Below, one piece after another: positions 30,290 to 41,408 of a stretch of DNA of 47,377 nucleotides. A program made the translations under genes and the position numbers. Position 1 is the first letter of the stretch. Each line of letters begins with the position of its first letter. This stretch comes from Macrostomum lignano (Eukaryota): NCBI GenBank assembly GCA_002269645.1, contig NIVC01003915.1:1-47377 (forward strand), written 5' to 3'. The notes beneath the pieces were generated by a model that had not been told where the DNA came from, did no database searches, and saw nothing but the letters and a program-made list of their open reading frames with translations.

Positions 30290-30410
30290 TCTGGGGTGCT
30301 CCAGGGAGCAAGTTTACGCGGCAGACGCTGGCCTGCTGAGCGTCATCTTCAAGGTCGGCGACCCCTTGCACCATCGGCGACTCCAGCTGGCAGGCCACAT
30401 CATCCGCGCG
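30290..30410 (+). mobile_element. Short internally deleted fragment of a non-LTR (RTE-like) retrotransposon ORF C-terminus
   Basis: Translates EQVYAADAGLLSVIFKV..RRLQLAGHIIRA, resembling the post-RT xRRLxLAGHxxR segment of RTE-clade LINEs. Recognised from memory of the motif only. Confidence 0.5.
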
Positions 30411-30686
30411 CAACCAAAGTTAAGAACATCTTTACAACGTATTAGGATAGTGCGATTTTAGTAGAATCTCAAAGTCAGACCTACAATGAAATTCTCGCAA
30501 TCACGTAAATCATTTGGCTTAAATTAATTAATCTTCGATGTATTATCGTATAAGAAGGAATTCTATTGAAAATTTAAAACCTAATGTGTATTCTAATGAG
30601 GCTAATTATTAGATAAATATAATGAAGCTACAGTCTATATTGAAGCTACGTCGTCACATCACATACATGCGCAACCTTGGGAATCA

Positions 30687-30818
30687 CCCGGCCGTTTCCA
30701 CTGGCAACACACACATGTAAGTCGCTATTGGCTGAGAGCAGTCACGTGAGTCCGTCCGTTCACGTGATTCCGTTCAATAGCGACTTACATGCGTGTGCCG
30801 CCAATAGAAACGACCGGG
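30687..30818. mobile_element. 132-bp palindromic mini-element just 3' of the gephyrin stop codon
   Basis: CCCGGCCGTTTCC..CACACATGTAAGTCGCTATTG pairs with CAATAGCGACTTACATGCGTGTG..GAAACGACCGGG. Confidence 0.65.
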
Positions 30819-30882
30819 CGAATCCCAAGGTTGCGCCTAAGTCACATAAGAACATTACTCATGCGATCGCCACAGACAGGCA

Positions 30883-33800
30883 CTAGGGACAGTCCAGCAG
30901 CATGCACTGGGTCACGTGACCAGCCGGCAGGCTGAGTAGCGAGTCGGAACGAGCCGGCAGAATCAGCAAGCCGCTCGCTGACTGACAGGAGAGCAGGCGG
31001 CTGCTGGCCTGACTCCCCGTGCTCCAGGCGGTTGGCAGGACATCCGCATCGATGCCGCTGGGCCACTGCAGAGTGCAGCGGTGGTACTCTGGCCGGGGGT
31101 CCAGACGGATCTCCTGGCCAAGCTGCAGTTTTTGTTGGGTGATAAAATCCCAGAATTAGCGCAGCATTGCTAATTTGCTTTTTGTACAACTTTGCGTCCC
31201 CAATGCGTAAACCCTTCTCCGTGTGCCTCCTATCTGTTAGCTTATTTTCCATTCATATAGAAGATTGATCCGGTTCTGCTGTAAAAGACTCCACTTCACT
31301 TCCTGTCCTCTTCTGATCACTTTCTGTTCTCCCCTCCTTTTACCCCCTCGTTCTCACCTCTCTCTCCTCTCTTCTTCCTCTCCTCTCCCTCCCTCACTCT
31401 CTTCCCCTCCCTCACTCTCTTCCCCTCAAATCTAATTGAGCGAAATAAAGCGAGCTATTTTTGTCACCTTTACTTTCTGATTTCTTGACATTTGATTTGT
31501 GAATCAGCAATGATACGTCGAATTCTATAAGATAATTTAACAATTTTTTCTTCATGTCTTAAAATATTTCATTGCTTAGAACTACGAGATATCGAGAGGG
31601 GTTAGTCAGCTGATCGCCTGGTGAACTCTACATTTAATAGCTAGCTCATGGATCTACGACTCTTGATCATGATATCAATCCTACATGCCAGATGATGAAG
31701 ATATCTATATGCCTCGTGGTGTGGCGTGTGAAAGTCTAGTCAAACTTTATTAATGCCGACAAAAAATATTAGTTTGCAGATTATAACAAACTATATTGAC
31801 TTATCAAACTCCTCAGAAGTGCATGGATCCGGTTCTGCTAACAAGACTTCACTTTACTTCCCTCCTTCACTGTTCTCTCCTCCTTTTTACCCCCTCGTTC
31901 TCTCCTCTCCCTCTTTCTCCTCTCCCTCCCTCACTCTCTTCCCCTCCCTCACTCTCTTCCCCTCCCTCCCTCTCCTCTTCTCTATACTTCCTCTGTTGCT
32001 CTCCACAAAACAGACAGGAATTACGGATTTGGGCCGCTTTGAACCTCACCTTGACATTAAAAACAGAGCGCTGGGGCGTCGACCAGCCGCCAAGCCTCCG
32101 GCAGGCGGGAATCACGTACAGATTAGCCGTGACAAACGCGCTAACGGGATTTCCGGGCAGGCCAAAGAACAGAACCGGGTGCCGATTGGCAACTGATAGG
32201 GTTGCAAAGGAGGTCGGCTTGCTGCGGGAGAGAGTTGATGTCCGCTTAGCCCAATGTGACTAATACCTTTCAGTTTATATATTATTTATGATTTTTGGGT
32301 TTAAAGAGGACTCTAAAGGACCGTTTGGACGAATCTCCTATAAAATCGACATCTTTACATCAATTTAGAGACGCAGAAAATTTTCGCTCATTAAACATAA
32401 AAAAAATAATCGCACAGACGAAAAATGAGTAATTATATCTTACCCTGGCTTCATTCGCACCTGCGCAAAGTGTAGCGTTGCATTGAAATCGGCTGTTAAA
32501 ACTTGCTTTACAAGATCCTACAAAATTGTTCACAAAAATAGAAAGTCAACAGCAATTTCAACGCTGTTTTTATCTTGCAGACTTTGCAAAACGAAATATC
32601 TTTGGATATGGAAATGATGAAGCTCACCCTTTCGCCCATGGATACACCGCCAGTAGTGACTATCACTTGGCAGGTCTTGATAGCTTTCTCAAAAGCTGTC
32701 ACTAGGCAATCCGCCCTGAAAATTATAACATGCTCATTATAATCATGCGCGTGAGTGAGTGAGTGCGTGAGTGAGTGAGTGCGTGAGTGAGTGAGTGAGT
32801 GAGTGAGTGAGTGAGTGAGTGCGTGAGTGAGTGAGTGAGTGAATGAGTGAGTGAGTGAGTGAGTGAGTGAATGAGTGAGTGAGTGGGTGAGTGAGTGAGT
32901 GAGTGGGTGAATGAGTGAGTGAGTGGGTGAGTGAGTGAGTGAGAGAGTGCGTAAGTGGGTGAGTGAGTGAGTGAGAGAGTGCGTAAGTGAGTGAGAGAGT
33001 GCGTAAGTGAGTGAGTGAGTGAGTGAGTGAGTGAGTGAGTGAGTGAGTGAGTGGATATAGTATCATAGAAGTATCATGAGTATCACAGAAACATACTAAA
33101 ACTTCATGAACAAATCAGAGCAGCAAAACTCACTTATCGGGAATGATGCCCAGATCAACAACCGGGAAGCCATGCGAGGACAGCATTGCTAGCAGCGTGG
33201 TGCGGTTGCTGTCGCGAATTTTTGCGCCGCCAAGTCCAGCACCGAATGGCTCCATCAGCTATTCAGAGGTGAGAATAAAAACGCAGCAGCAAATTAGTAA
33301 AATACTTTAGTATATTGTGATTTTCCGTGAAATTCTACTATTAGTAGACTCAATTCAACTTGAACGATAGAAAAGGGTCTCTGGACAAAAACAAAAAAGA
33401 AAACTGCGAGGAGTGGACTCTCGTTTGCTGGTCAAGTAACTGTATTGCGGAGTGGGGCGGGTGGGGCGGGTGTTAAGCGGAGTGAGGTTGGTGCGCACCG
33501 GATTGGTGTGGGTGTACAGTGGAGTGGGGTGGCTGTACAGTGGAGGGGGTGGGTGTACAGCGGAGTGAGATTGGTGTGAGGTTGGTGCATGGCGGAGTCG
33601 GGTGGGTGTACAGCGAAGTGGGGTGGGTGTTTAACGGAGTGAGGTTGGTGCGTAGTGGAGTGGGGTGAGTGTATAGTCGAGTGAGTTTGGTGCGCAGAGG
33701 AGTGGGGTGGGTGTACAGTCGAGTGGGGTGGATGTACAGTGGAGTGGTGTGGGTGTACATCGGAGTGAGGTTGGTGTGCAGCGGGGTTAGGTTGGTACGT

Positions 33801-36800
33801 AGCTGAGTCGGGTGCGTGTTCAGCCTAGTGAGGTTGGTGCGCACGCGGAGTGGGGTGAGTGTACACCTACCCCACTCCACTGTACACCTACCCCACTCCG
33901 TTGTACAGTGGAGTGGGGTGGGTGTACAGCGGAGTGAGTTGTGCACTGAAGAAAATTCATCCAAGCACAATTGAAACCTCATTGCCAGTAGAAGCCACCC
34001 CAACAGTCGGCAGCTTGTGCACGGGCACTAACGAACAGCCAATAGAAGCCAGAATGCCCAGCTCGCATGGTCCAATCTTAGCGCCGGCGTCAAGTACTTT
34101 AGCGCCGAGCGCGATGTCCGAACCGACCGGTCGAATGTCCTGACCTTCAGCTGGCGGCTTCAACACTTCTATAACGAGTTCCTTGGTCAGGTCGGGACTG
34201 GATTCGATTAGTTTGGTGTCTTCAACTTGGACAACGGCGTCCGCGCCGCTGGGCACGGGTCCCCGGTGCTGACTCGGATGGCGCAGTGGGCCTGCAGTAC
34301 AACTGAACTCTGTGCAGACGGGGACAGGTCGAAGAAATAGCGTCTGGTTAATAATCACATTATTGAGATTTCTGATTTCAGCTGTGTTTGAATGGACCAA
34401 CGATTATTAATCTGTAGACATTATAAAACTTGAAAAACTGCTTTAAGACACGCGAGTCCACACACGTGAATGCATACTTATTAGACACGTGAATGCATAC
34501 TAATTAGACACGTGAATGCATACTTATTAGACACGTGAATGCATACTAATTACACACGTGAATGCATACTAATTACACACGTGAATGCACACTAATTAGA
34601 CACGTGAATGCATACTTATTAGACACGTGAATGCATACTAATTACACACGTGAATGCATACTAATTACACACGTGAATGCACACTAATTAGACACGTGAA
34701 TGCATACTTATTAGACACGTGAATGCATACTAATTACACACGTGAATGCACACTAATTAGACACGTGAATGAACACTTATTAGACACGTGAATGCATACT
34801 AATAAGACACGTGAATGCACACTAATAGGCACGTTAATGTATACTAATTGGATACGTGAATGCATACTAATTACACACGTGAATGCACACTAATAAGACA
34901 CGTGAACGCCCACCTCATCTCCAGCCGTGACAACGTCGACAACCCGGCGTCGACCAGCCCCGTCGCGAGCTCGCACAGCGTAGCCGTCCTTAACCGAGGC
35001 GCGAAACGGCGGCAAAGGCTCTTTAGCGATGACGTCAGAGGCGAGAATTCGACCAAGTACGCTGGCAGTGGCGCAGTTCACAGTCTCCGCTGGCAAAGAT
35101 GTAACAGAATCCAGCACGGTGGAGACAGCTTCGTCAACACTGATGAGAGGATAGGGCGATTGGCGAGGCCTGTTGGCGATTTGAGCCTCGTTGACCAGAC
35201 TCTTGGTCAGCGCCTGTTGCAGCTGCTGACTGGGCGAAGTCGAGTGACCGTGATGATGGCGATGATGATGACTGTGATGGTGCTGCTGCTGAGGCTCCGA
35301 CTGATGGTGATGAAGATGGTGCCTGGCTGCGAGGTGCGAGGTAGGCACGCATGGAGTGAGATGAGTGCAAATAATAGCTCGAATAGGGGCACATGGAGTG
35401 AGGTGGATGTAAATTGGAGCAGGGTAGTTTCACATGGAGTGAGGTGGGTGTTAATTGCGGCCCGGGTGGGTGCACATTAAGTGAGGTGGGTGTTAATTGC
35501 GGCCCGGGTAGGTGCACATTGAGTGAGGTGGGTGTTAATTGCGGCAGGGTGGGTGCACATGAAGTGAGGTGGGTGTCAATTGGGGCAGGGTGGAGGCACA
35601 TGGATTGAGGTGGGTGTATTGGGGCAGGGTGGAAGCACATGGATTGAAGTGGGTGTCAATTGGGGCAGGGTGGAAGCATATGGATTGAAGTGGGCGTCAA
35701 TTGGGGCAGGATGGGTGCACATGGAGTGAGGTGGGTGTCAATTGGGGCAGGGTGGGTGTACATGGAGTGAGGTGGGTGTCAATTGGGGCAGGGTGGAGGC
35801 ACATGGAGTGAGGTAGGTGTCAATTGGGGCAGGGTGGAGGCACATGGAGTGAGGTAGGTGTCAATTGGGGCAGGGTGGAAGCACATGGAGAGAGGTGGGT
35901 GTATTTACTTACAATGCGCCGACTGCTGCATCTCAACGTGCTCCGCTTTGACCTCAACAATGCGACCTTGAAGCTGTTTAACAGCGTGCGCTAGTACCGG
36001 TTCCAGGACGGCAAAACACTCGTCAACAGCTTTCTGACTGCCAGGTAGATTGACAATCAAAGTTTGGCCGCGCATTCCGGACACACCGCGAGACAGCACA
36101 GCGTACGGCGTTGACTCGAGCGACTTCAACAGCAAGGCTGTCGACAGGCCGTCCGCCCGCCTGTCCAAAACTCTGGATGTGGCCTGGATTAATAATTGTA
36201 ATGCCGCTTATTTGTGGCAAAACTGGTCTTTCAGTTGTTTGATGGTGCTACCACAACTGGTGTTTCAGTTGTTTGGTGCTACTCTTGAATATTATAGCAA
36301 ATGCCTTTATTAATTTATCAAGTTAACCATTCTTAAGTTTAGAACTAGGCCTATTATAATAAATAGCTTTTAGAGCATATTCACCTCAGGAGTAACATCG
36401 CGAGGTGTAAATCCAGTGCCACCAGTAGTTAGGATGACATCACAGTGAAAAGCATCAGAAAATGTTTTCAGTTGTTCCTGTTTGTGTATTAGGAATAAAA
36501 CAAATTTGCCAATTAATATAAAATATATAATTCTATTGCATGTTGAAAGACTCAAAAATGAATTTCTTACCTCTATCATCTGGGTTTCATCAGGAACAAT
36601 AACTTGGAAGATATTGTCTGGATTTGTATGAAAGTACTGGCTGAAATAATTATTAAATTGAACATTAATGTTGTTGTGTTATCACCTTAATTAAGTTGGA
36701 TCAAAGTTAAATAATAAGAATTTACCTTTTAGATACCAAATGAACAAGCTGAGGGCCACTCTTGTCAGCATGGGGGCTTTTATAAGCAGTATCACTAACT

Positions 36801-39800
36801 AAAATTTTAATTTTGAAGTATAAATATTAGGTAAAATGATTTTAAAACTTAACTTATATGAATAAAAAAATAAGAATACTTAAATCAATACAATGTCAAG
36901 GAATATTTTAGTAACTAATAAAGCAAACATTGCTAACAAAGAAATCAAATAGACAAAACAATAAATATTTTTGGCATCTCTTGCAAAAAGTTTTTAATCA
37001 GTTTTAAAATTTTATAATTTCTAAACTTTTATTCAAAACTAATAATATGCTTATAGATTTTATGGATCAAACATATGCACCCCTCCCCCTAATTTACACT
37101 GGCTATGTATTTTTTTATTAGAGGCAGGGGGTGTGCACCCTGGCTCACTTTAAGCGACATAGGCACACAACTGGCAAGAGGCATTACTGCCCATTCCGCC
37201 AACTCCCCTGAGCAGGCACACAAGCGCGCGGATACGTACGCAGGCACACACTCACACAGGAGTATACAGCGGCCCTAACTTTATTTATCATTAGGCATGT
37301 ACACTTCACTATGCCTTGGGGGGTTGGCTCTCAAGGCCGTTAATTGCACAAGCAGAGCCAAGCCGAGATACCAATTTAGCCCCAAATTAATGTGACTGCA
37401 CTTGGAATTGAGCCTGGGTCACTGGCACACGAGGCACTCATTTTAGTGCAGCAGGCACTCATTTTGGCATTACAAGCGCTATGTTTTGTTGCCCTACAGC
37501 AAAATGTATTAATGCAAAGTAGCAAAAACCAAAAATAAGCAAGAAGTCTACATTTTACATTTAAAATATAGAGGGGCTAAATTCCATTATTGGCCCCCCA
37601 TTTTAAAAAAAATGGGAGGGGGGCATTGCCCCAAGCCCCCTCCCCCCTGTTTCTATACCTATGAAAATTATATCTATTAATTGATAATTAATAGTCTTAA
37701 ACATTTTGTTTGTCAATAAATATTTAACCCTAGGGGTCTCCCTAAAACATGCCCCGCACTGCCCCGACTGCTACACATTATAACATTTTTTGTCAATGCA
37801 GTATTTGATTGCAGAGAAAAGTATTTGTTATAAGAGTAATGGAATAAATAAATTCAATTATCATTCTAAATAATAGCATTATTTTTCATTTTCTCATTTT
37901 TATTATAAAATTATAGTGTTATTATTTTACTAATATTACAATTAATATCACATATCATTCACCAAATTGTATATTTCATAGTGAAAAAAACTAAACTTGA
38001 TACAAACTTGAAGCTTAACAGAGAACTAACTAACTTTGAAATGTCTTCAGTTATAGCCAAATTTGTTATAATGTGTAGCAGTTTGGGGCGACGCAGGGCA
38101 TGTTTTAGGGAGACCCAACCCTAGGCCCCTAGTGTAAAGTATGCGGACCAAATAATATTTGCATATATGATGCACATTTGAGACTAGATGGGCATCTTAA
38201 ATATAAATTATTATAGATCGTACAAAAGTTGGACTTCTTGAACTTTAGGTAGATAAAATAGTTGTAGTTTTGATAAGATCATAATTTTGTGCCCTGAATA
38301 AATGAATTAATAAATAGTTCAGTTATTTTTGTCTCTAAAAAGGTTTTTGATGAGTGCTGATTTCAAATTTGAACTTCATTTTTTGTAGCTTAAAGCCAAC
38401 CACTGGGGCATGGGAAATGGGGGGGGGGTTTAGGTTGGGAAAATCTTCATAAAGAATGATTTTATGTACCTAAACTTCAATAGAGGCATGGAGATCTATT
38501 GAAGATTAGGTAGATAAATTTAGAGGCTAAGGGGAGAAGGCAAGTCTTGGGATGGGAGGTGGAGATAGGAGGGCTGACAACTACTAAAAACCAGGGCATG
38601 GGGAATGGGAGGGTTTCAGGATAGGGAGAATCTTCATGAGGATATATTTTATGTACTTAAACTTCAATAGATGCATAGGGGTCTATTTTAGATTAGGTAG
38701 ATAAATTTGGAAACTAAGAGTGTCCAGGGGAAAAATTGTAATGCAGCTTGAATTAAAAATTCAACAAGTTATTAAATACCTCCATAGAGAAAAAAATTAT
38801 AATCTTATCAATCTAATTGATATTAGTAGCTGTAGTTATCTTTTAGAATAGATACAACAATGCAACTTAGTAGAAATTATGTATAGGTAAACAAGTAAAG
38901 AATGTACAGCTAGTCACAACAATGAGAGAATGATAGCAAATCAAAAGAAAGAGATGAGTGCAGTGGCAAACCATGATCAGCATTTTTAAAAACACTAATT
39001 TGATGTGGCACTCTCACTGCACTATAACAAACTAAGTGAAGAAAAATTAGAATAGACACTCTTTTTATTGGAGTTAAAATCTAACCATCTAAATGTTTCT
39101 TAGAATGAATTTATTTAACTATGGAAAATATTTACCTTTAAAAGTCATGATTCTAAAAGTTTAATTTCAAATATATAATTCTCCAAAACTAACATACAAT
39201 ATTAACAAATTGAGTTCCTGTTAATTTTTTGCAGTTTTATTTCTTTATTTATCATTTTGGACAGCCTCCAAGCTCCAAGACTCTGGCAAAAGTTTTAGAT
39301 AAATCGGAAAATTGGAAGTATTTTAAATACCTAAAGTTCAAGAAGTCCCAAAAGTTTATATCAATTAAATCTTATGTATTTATATATATTTAATATTTAA
39401 TAGGCCTATATATTTAATATATGTATGTAAATACATACATATATATATGTATGTATATACATATATATATATATATGTATGTATATAATATATGTATTTA
39501 CATATATATATTTTATATAGCATTTTTATTTTTACAAATTTAATTATACATCAATGGATATATCAAAAGAACTCTCAAAATATTTTGTAAGCTAATTGAG
39601 GGAGATAGGCCCCTATTCTAAATATATAGTATAGGGCCTTTATAAATGTTAGGCCTAGAATTTTTTAGAAAATATGGGTAATGGGTATATACTATATTAT
39701 AATGATATTCAATATTCTACTAAAAATATCTTATTTACTAGGCCTAGGCCTGGCTGGCCACTGGGCTTAGGGCCTATCTAAGATCTATCTAACCAAAGAT

Positions 39801-39993
39801 AATTCATAAGATGCTGTTTTTGGAAGAAAATTTGTGTAGGTAAAAGATTGTCAAACTTGTATGCAACAAAATCCTAGACGGTCTGTCTAGTACTGATAGT
39901 ATTCCTTGACGTTTAATCCTATAAGTATAAATACTAAAAATTCTTACTTGTGATTACTCCAATTTTAATTTGGATCGAAGAAATAGACGCCAT
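30883..39993 (-). CDS. GPHN: Gephyrin-like molybdenum cofactor protein (MogA G-domain fused to MoeA E-domain), 12 exons, about 665 aa, with one apparent 1-nt frameshift
   Basis: Exons on the minus strand: 39993-39948, 36798-36726, 36640-36571, 36477-36385, 36183-35913, 35326-34914, 34309-33978, 33258-33134, 32715-32628, 32517-32444, 32221-32050, 31122-30883. Motifs: [113 protein letters not shown]. The total is 1997 nt, one base short of a continuous frame, with the break at about 34262. Confidence 0.95.
31428..31840 (+). repeat. 413-bp dispersed direct repeat, copy 2 (last gephyrin intron), between two related CT-rich segments
   Basis: Matches 24411-24823. In addition, 31266-31426 resembles 31826-31990 (GATCCGGTTCTGCT..AAGACT..TTTTACCCCCTCGTTCTC). 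Confidence 0.92.
32745..33052. repeat. (GAGT)n microsatellite
   Basis: Seen directly in a gephyrin intron. Confidence 0.96.
33470..33940. repeat. G-rich degenerate minisatellite (GGAGTGGGGTGGGTGTACAG-like)
   Basis: Seen directly in a gephyrin intron. Confidence 0.88.
34460..34908. repeat. 23-bp minisatellite (ATTAGACACGTGAATGCATACTA)n
   Basis: About 19 copies in a gephyrin intron. Confidence 0.96.
35390..35900. repeat. About 41-bp G-rich minisatellite (GCACATGGAGTGAGGTGGGTGTCAATTGGGGCAGGGTGGAG)n
   Basis: Seen directly in a gephyrin intron. Confidence 0.92.
37734..38116. mobile_element. 383-bp MITE with about 52-bp TIRs and an 8-bp target-site duplication, in gephyrin intron 1
   Basis: Left GGGTCTCCCTAAAACATGCCC...CTGCTACACATTATAACA (37734-37785) is the reverse complement of 38064-38116. 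AACCCTAG occurs exactly on both flanks (37726-37733 and 38117-38124). Confidence 0.85.
38400..38720. repeat. Diverged tandem duplication of about 130 bp (period about 190 bp)
   Basis: GGGCATGGG..AATCTTCAT..TTTTATGTAC.TAAACTTCAATAG..AGATTAGGTAGATAAATTT occurs at about 38405 and about 38593. Confidence 0.75.
39400..39520. repeat. (TA)n/(TATG) low-complexity tract
   Basis: Seen directly. Confidence 0.85.
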
Positions 39994-40477
39994 AGCTAGA
40001 ACTCGTAGCGCACAATTATTTGCTTCTTCGAGATTTTGGGACAGGTTTGACACAGGTTGCGTTAAATTAATTGAAACGTAATCCTACGACACAGACTGAT
40101 CTCATGCGCTGATGCGCATGGTAATTGCAATTGCAATAGGCCTAAATCTTTCCTTTCTTGGAATGGAGAATCCACGTGCACGCACGTGCATTTTCGCCCA
40201 GTTTTGAATCTTTCGACACACTCGTAATTTTACTTTTTTGCGGTTTTATCAAAAGTGACATCAAAGTTAACAATTAGGCATCAGCATCATTCAACAATTT
40301 TTAAAAGACTGCATTATCGAACTAGCTTAGTTTTCAGCTTGAATTAAAATGTACTCTTCTGGGACAAAATTACAGTGAACTAAAAGCATATTCATGATTT
40401 ATTCCTCATTCGAGGTATCGGCAATAGGGGCCTAACGACGACAGCCCAATAAAACATTCTCTCGGGAAGTTAGCCCA

Positions 40478-40652
40478 CAGACGTTTGCCCGCAGACGTTA
40501 GCCTGCAGACGTTTGCCCGCAGACGTTAGCCTGCAGACGTTTGCCCGCAGACGTTTTGCCTATACATTGTAGACGTAATTTGCCCCCGGAGACGTTTGCA
40601 ATCGTTTGCCCGCAGACGTTTGCCTGCAGAATGCCCGCAAACGTTTGCCTGC
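40478..40652. repeat. 14-bp minisatellite (CAGACGTTTGCCCG / CAGACGTTAGCCTG)n
   Basis: Seen directly; may be a subterminal repeat of a DNA transposon. Confidence 0.88.
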
Positions 40653-41408
40653 AGTCATTTTCGCGCAGATAATTATTCATGGTTTAGACAATGACACAGA
40701 CTACTTCCTGTTCAAAAGGTTTATTTTCTTGATTTTTCTTCTTGATAGTGCATGCAGATCCTCAGAAAGTTTTTTACATGATCTTCTATTGAAACTGTTT
40801 TTGTGCTTTATAATTATAGCCTTTAATTTGGATGCTTCTTCCTCCTTGCCGTTATTGTATTTGTCTTTTGTTATATATGTAAAATGATACCACCCTGTGA
40901 TAAAAATGAATCTACATGTACATGCATATTAAATATTGTTTAATTTATGTTTATTTCAAGCTAATTTTTATGGTTATAGATAAAAAATTTTAGTATATGG
41001 AAATGAATTTTAAAGCACTTATTGATTGTTACATGTACACGTACATAAAACGAACTCGTTCTCCCACGTTCAGCCTACCAAGGGCTAGAATTTTTCAGAA
41101 CTCCAAATCCACTGCTATAGTAATTTGGCTTGGCAGTCAACAACATAGTCTCTCTAAGAACGCCTGCTTATTATTAAAAAATATTCGACATAGCAATGTT
41201 TATTTCTGGGGGGGTGCTTTAATGCTTTAATGTATGTAAAGACCGAAATTTCCTAACGTCGAAACATCCTAAATGTATTTCACAAGAATTTGAAACTTCA
41301 AAAGACCGAACATGGAAAACCGTACAGCAACGTCTGGCCGACGCGATGTTCCCGACGTCAGCGATCGAATTCCATGACAAATTAAATATTTATATATACA
41401 ATGTTACA

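Noticed and set aside
24411-31840. The two 413-bp direct repeats as LTRs of a 7.4-kb element
   Set aside because: No TG...CA ends, PBS, PPT or gag/pol, and the enclosed region includes the last exon of gephyrin.
34255-34270. Programmed frameshifting, or an alternative acceptor (AGTCAG|CAC), rescuing gephyrin
   Set aside because: There is no slippery heptamer, and the alternative acceptor has no pyrimidine tract and would delete the conserved RVSTG motif. An indel is the simpler explanation.
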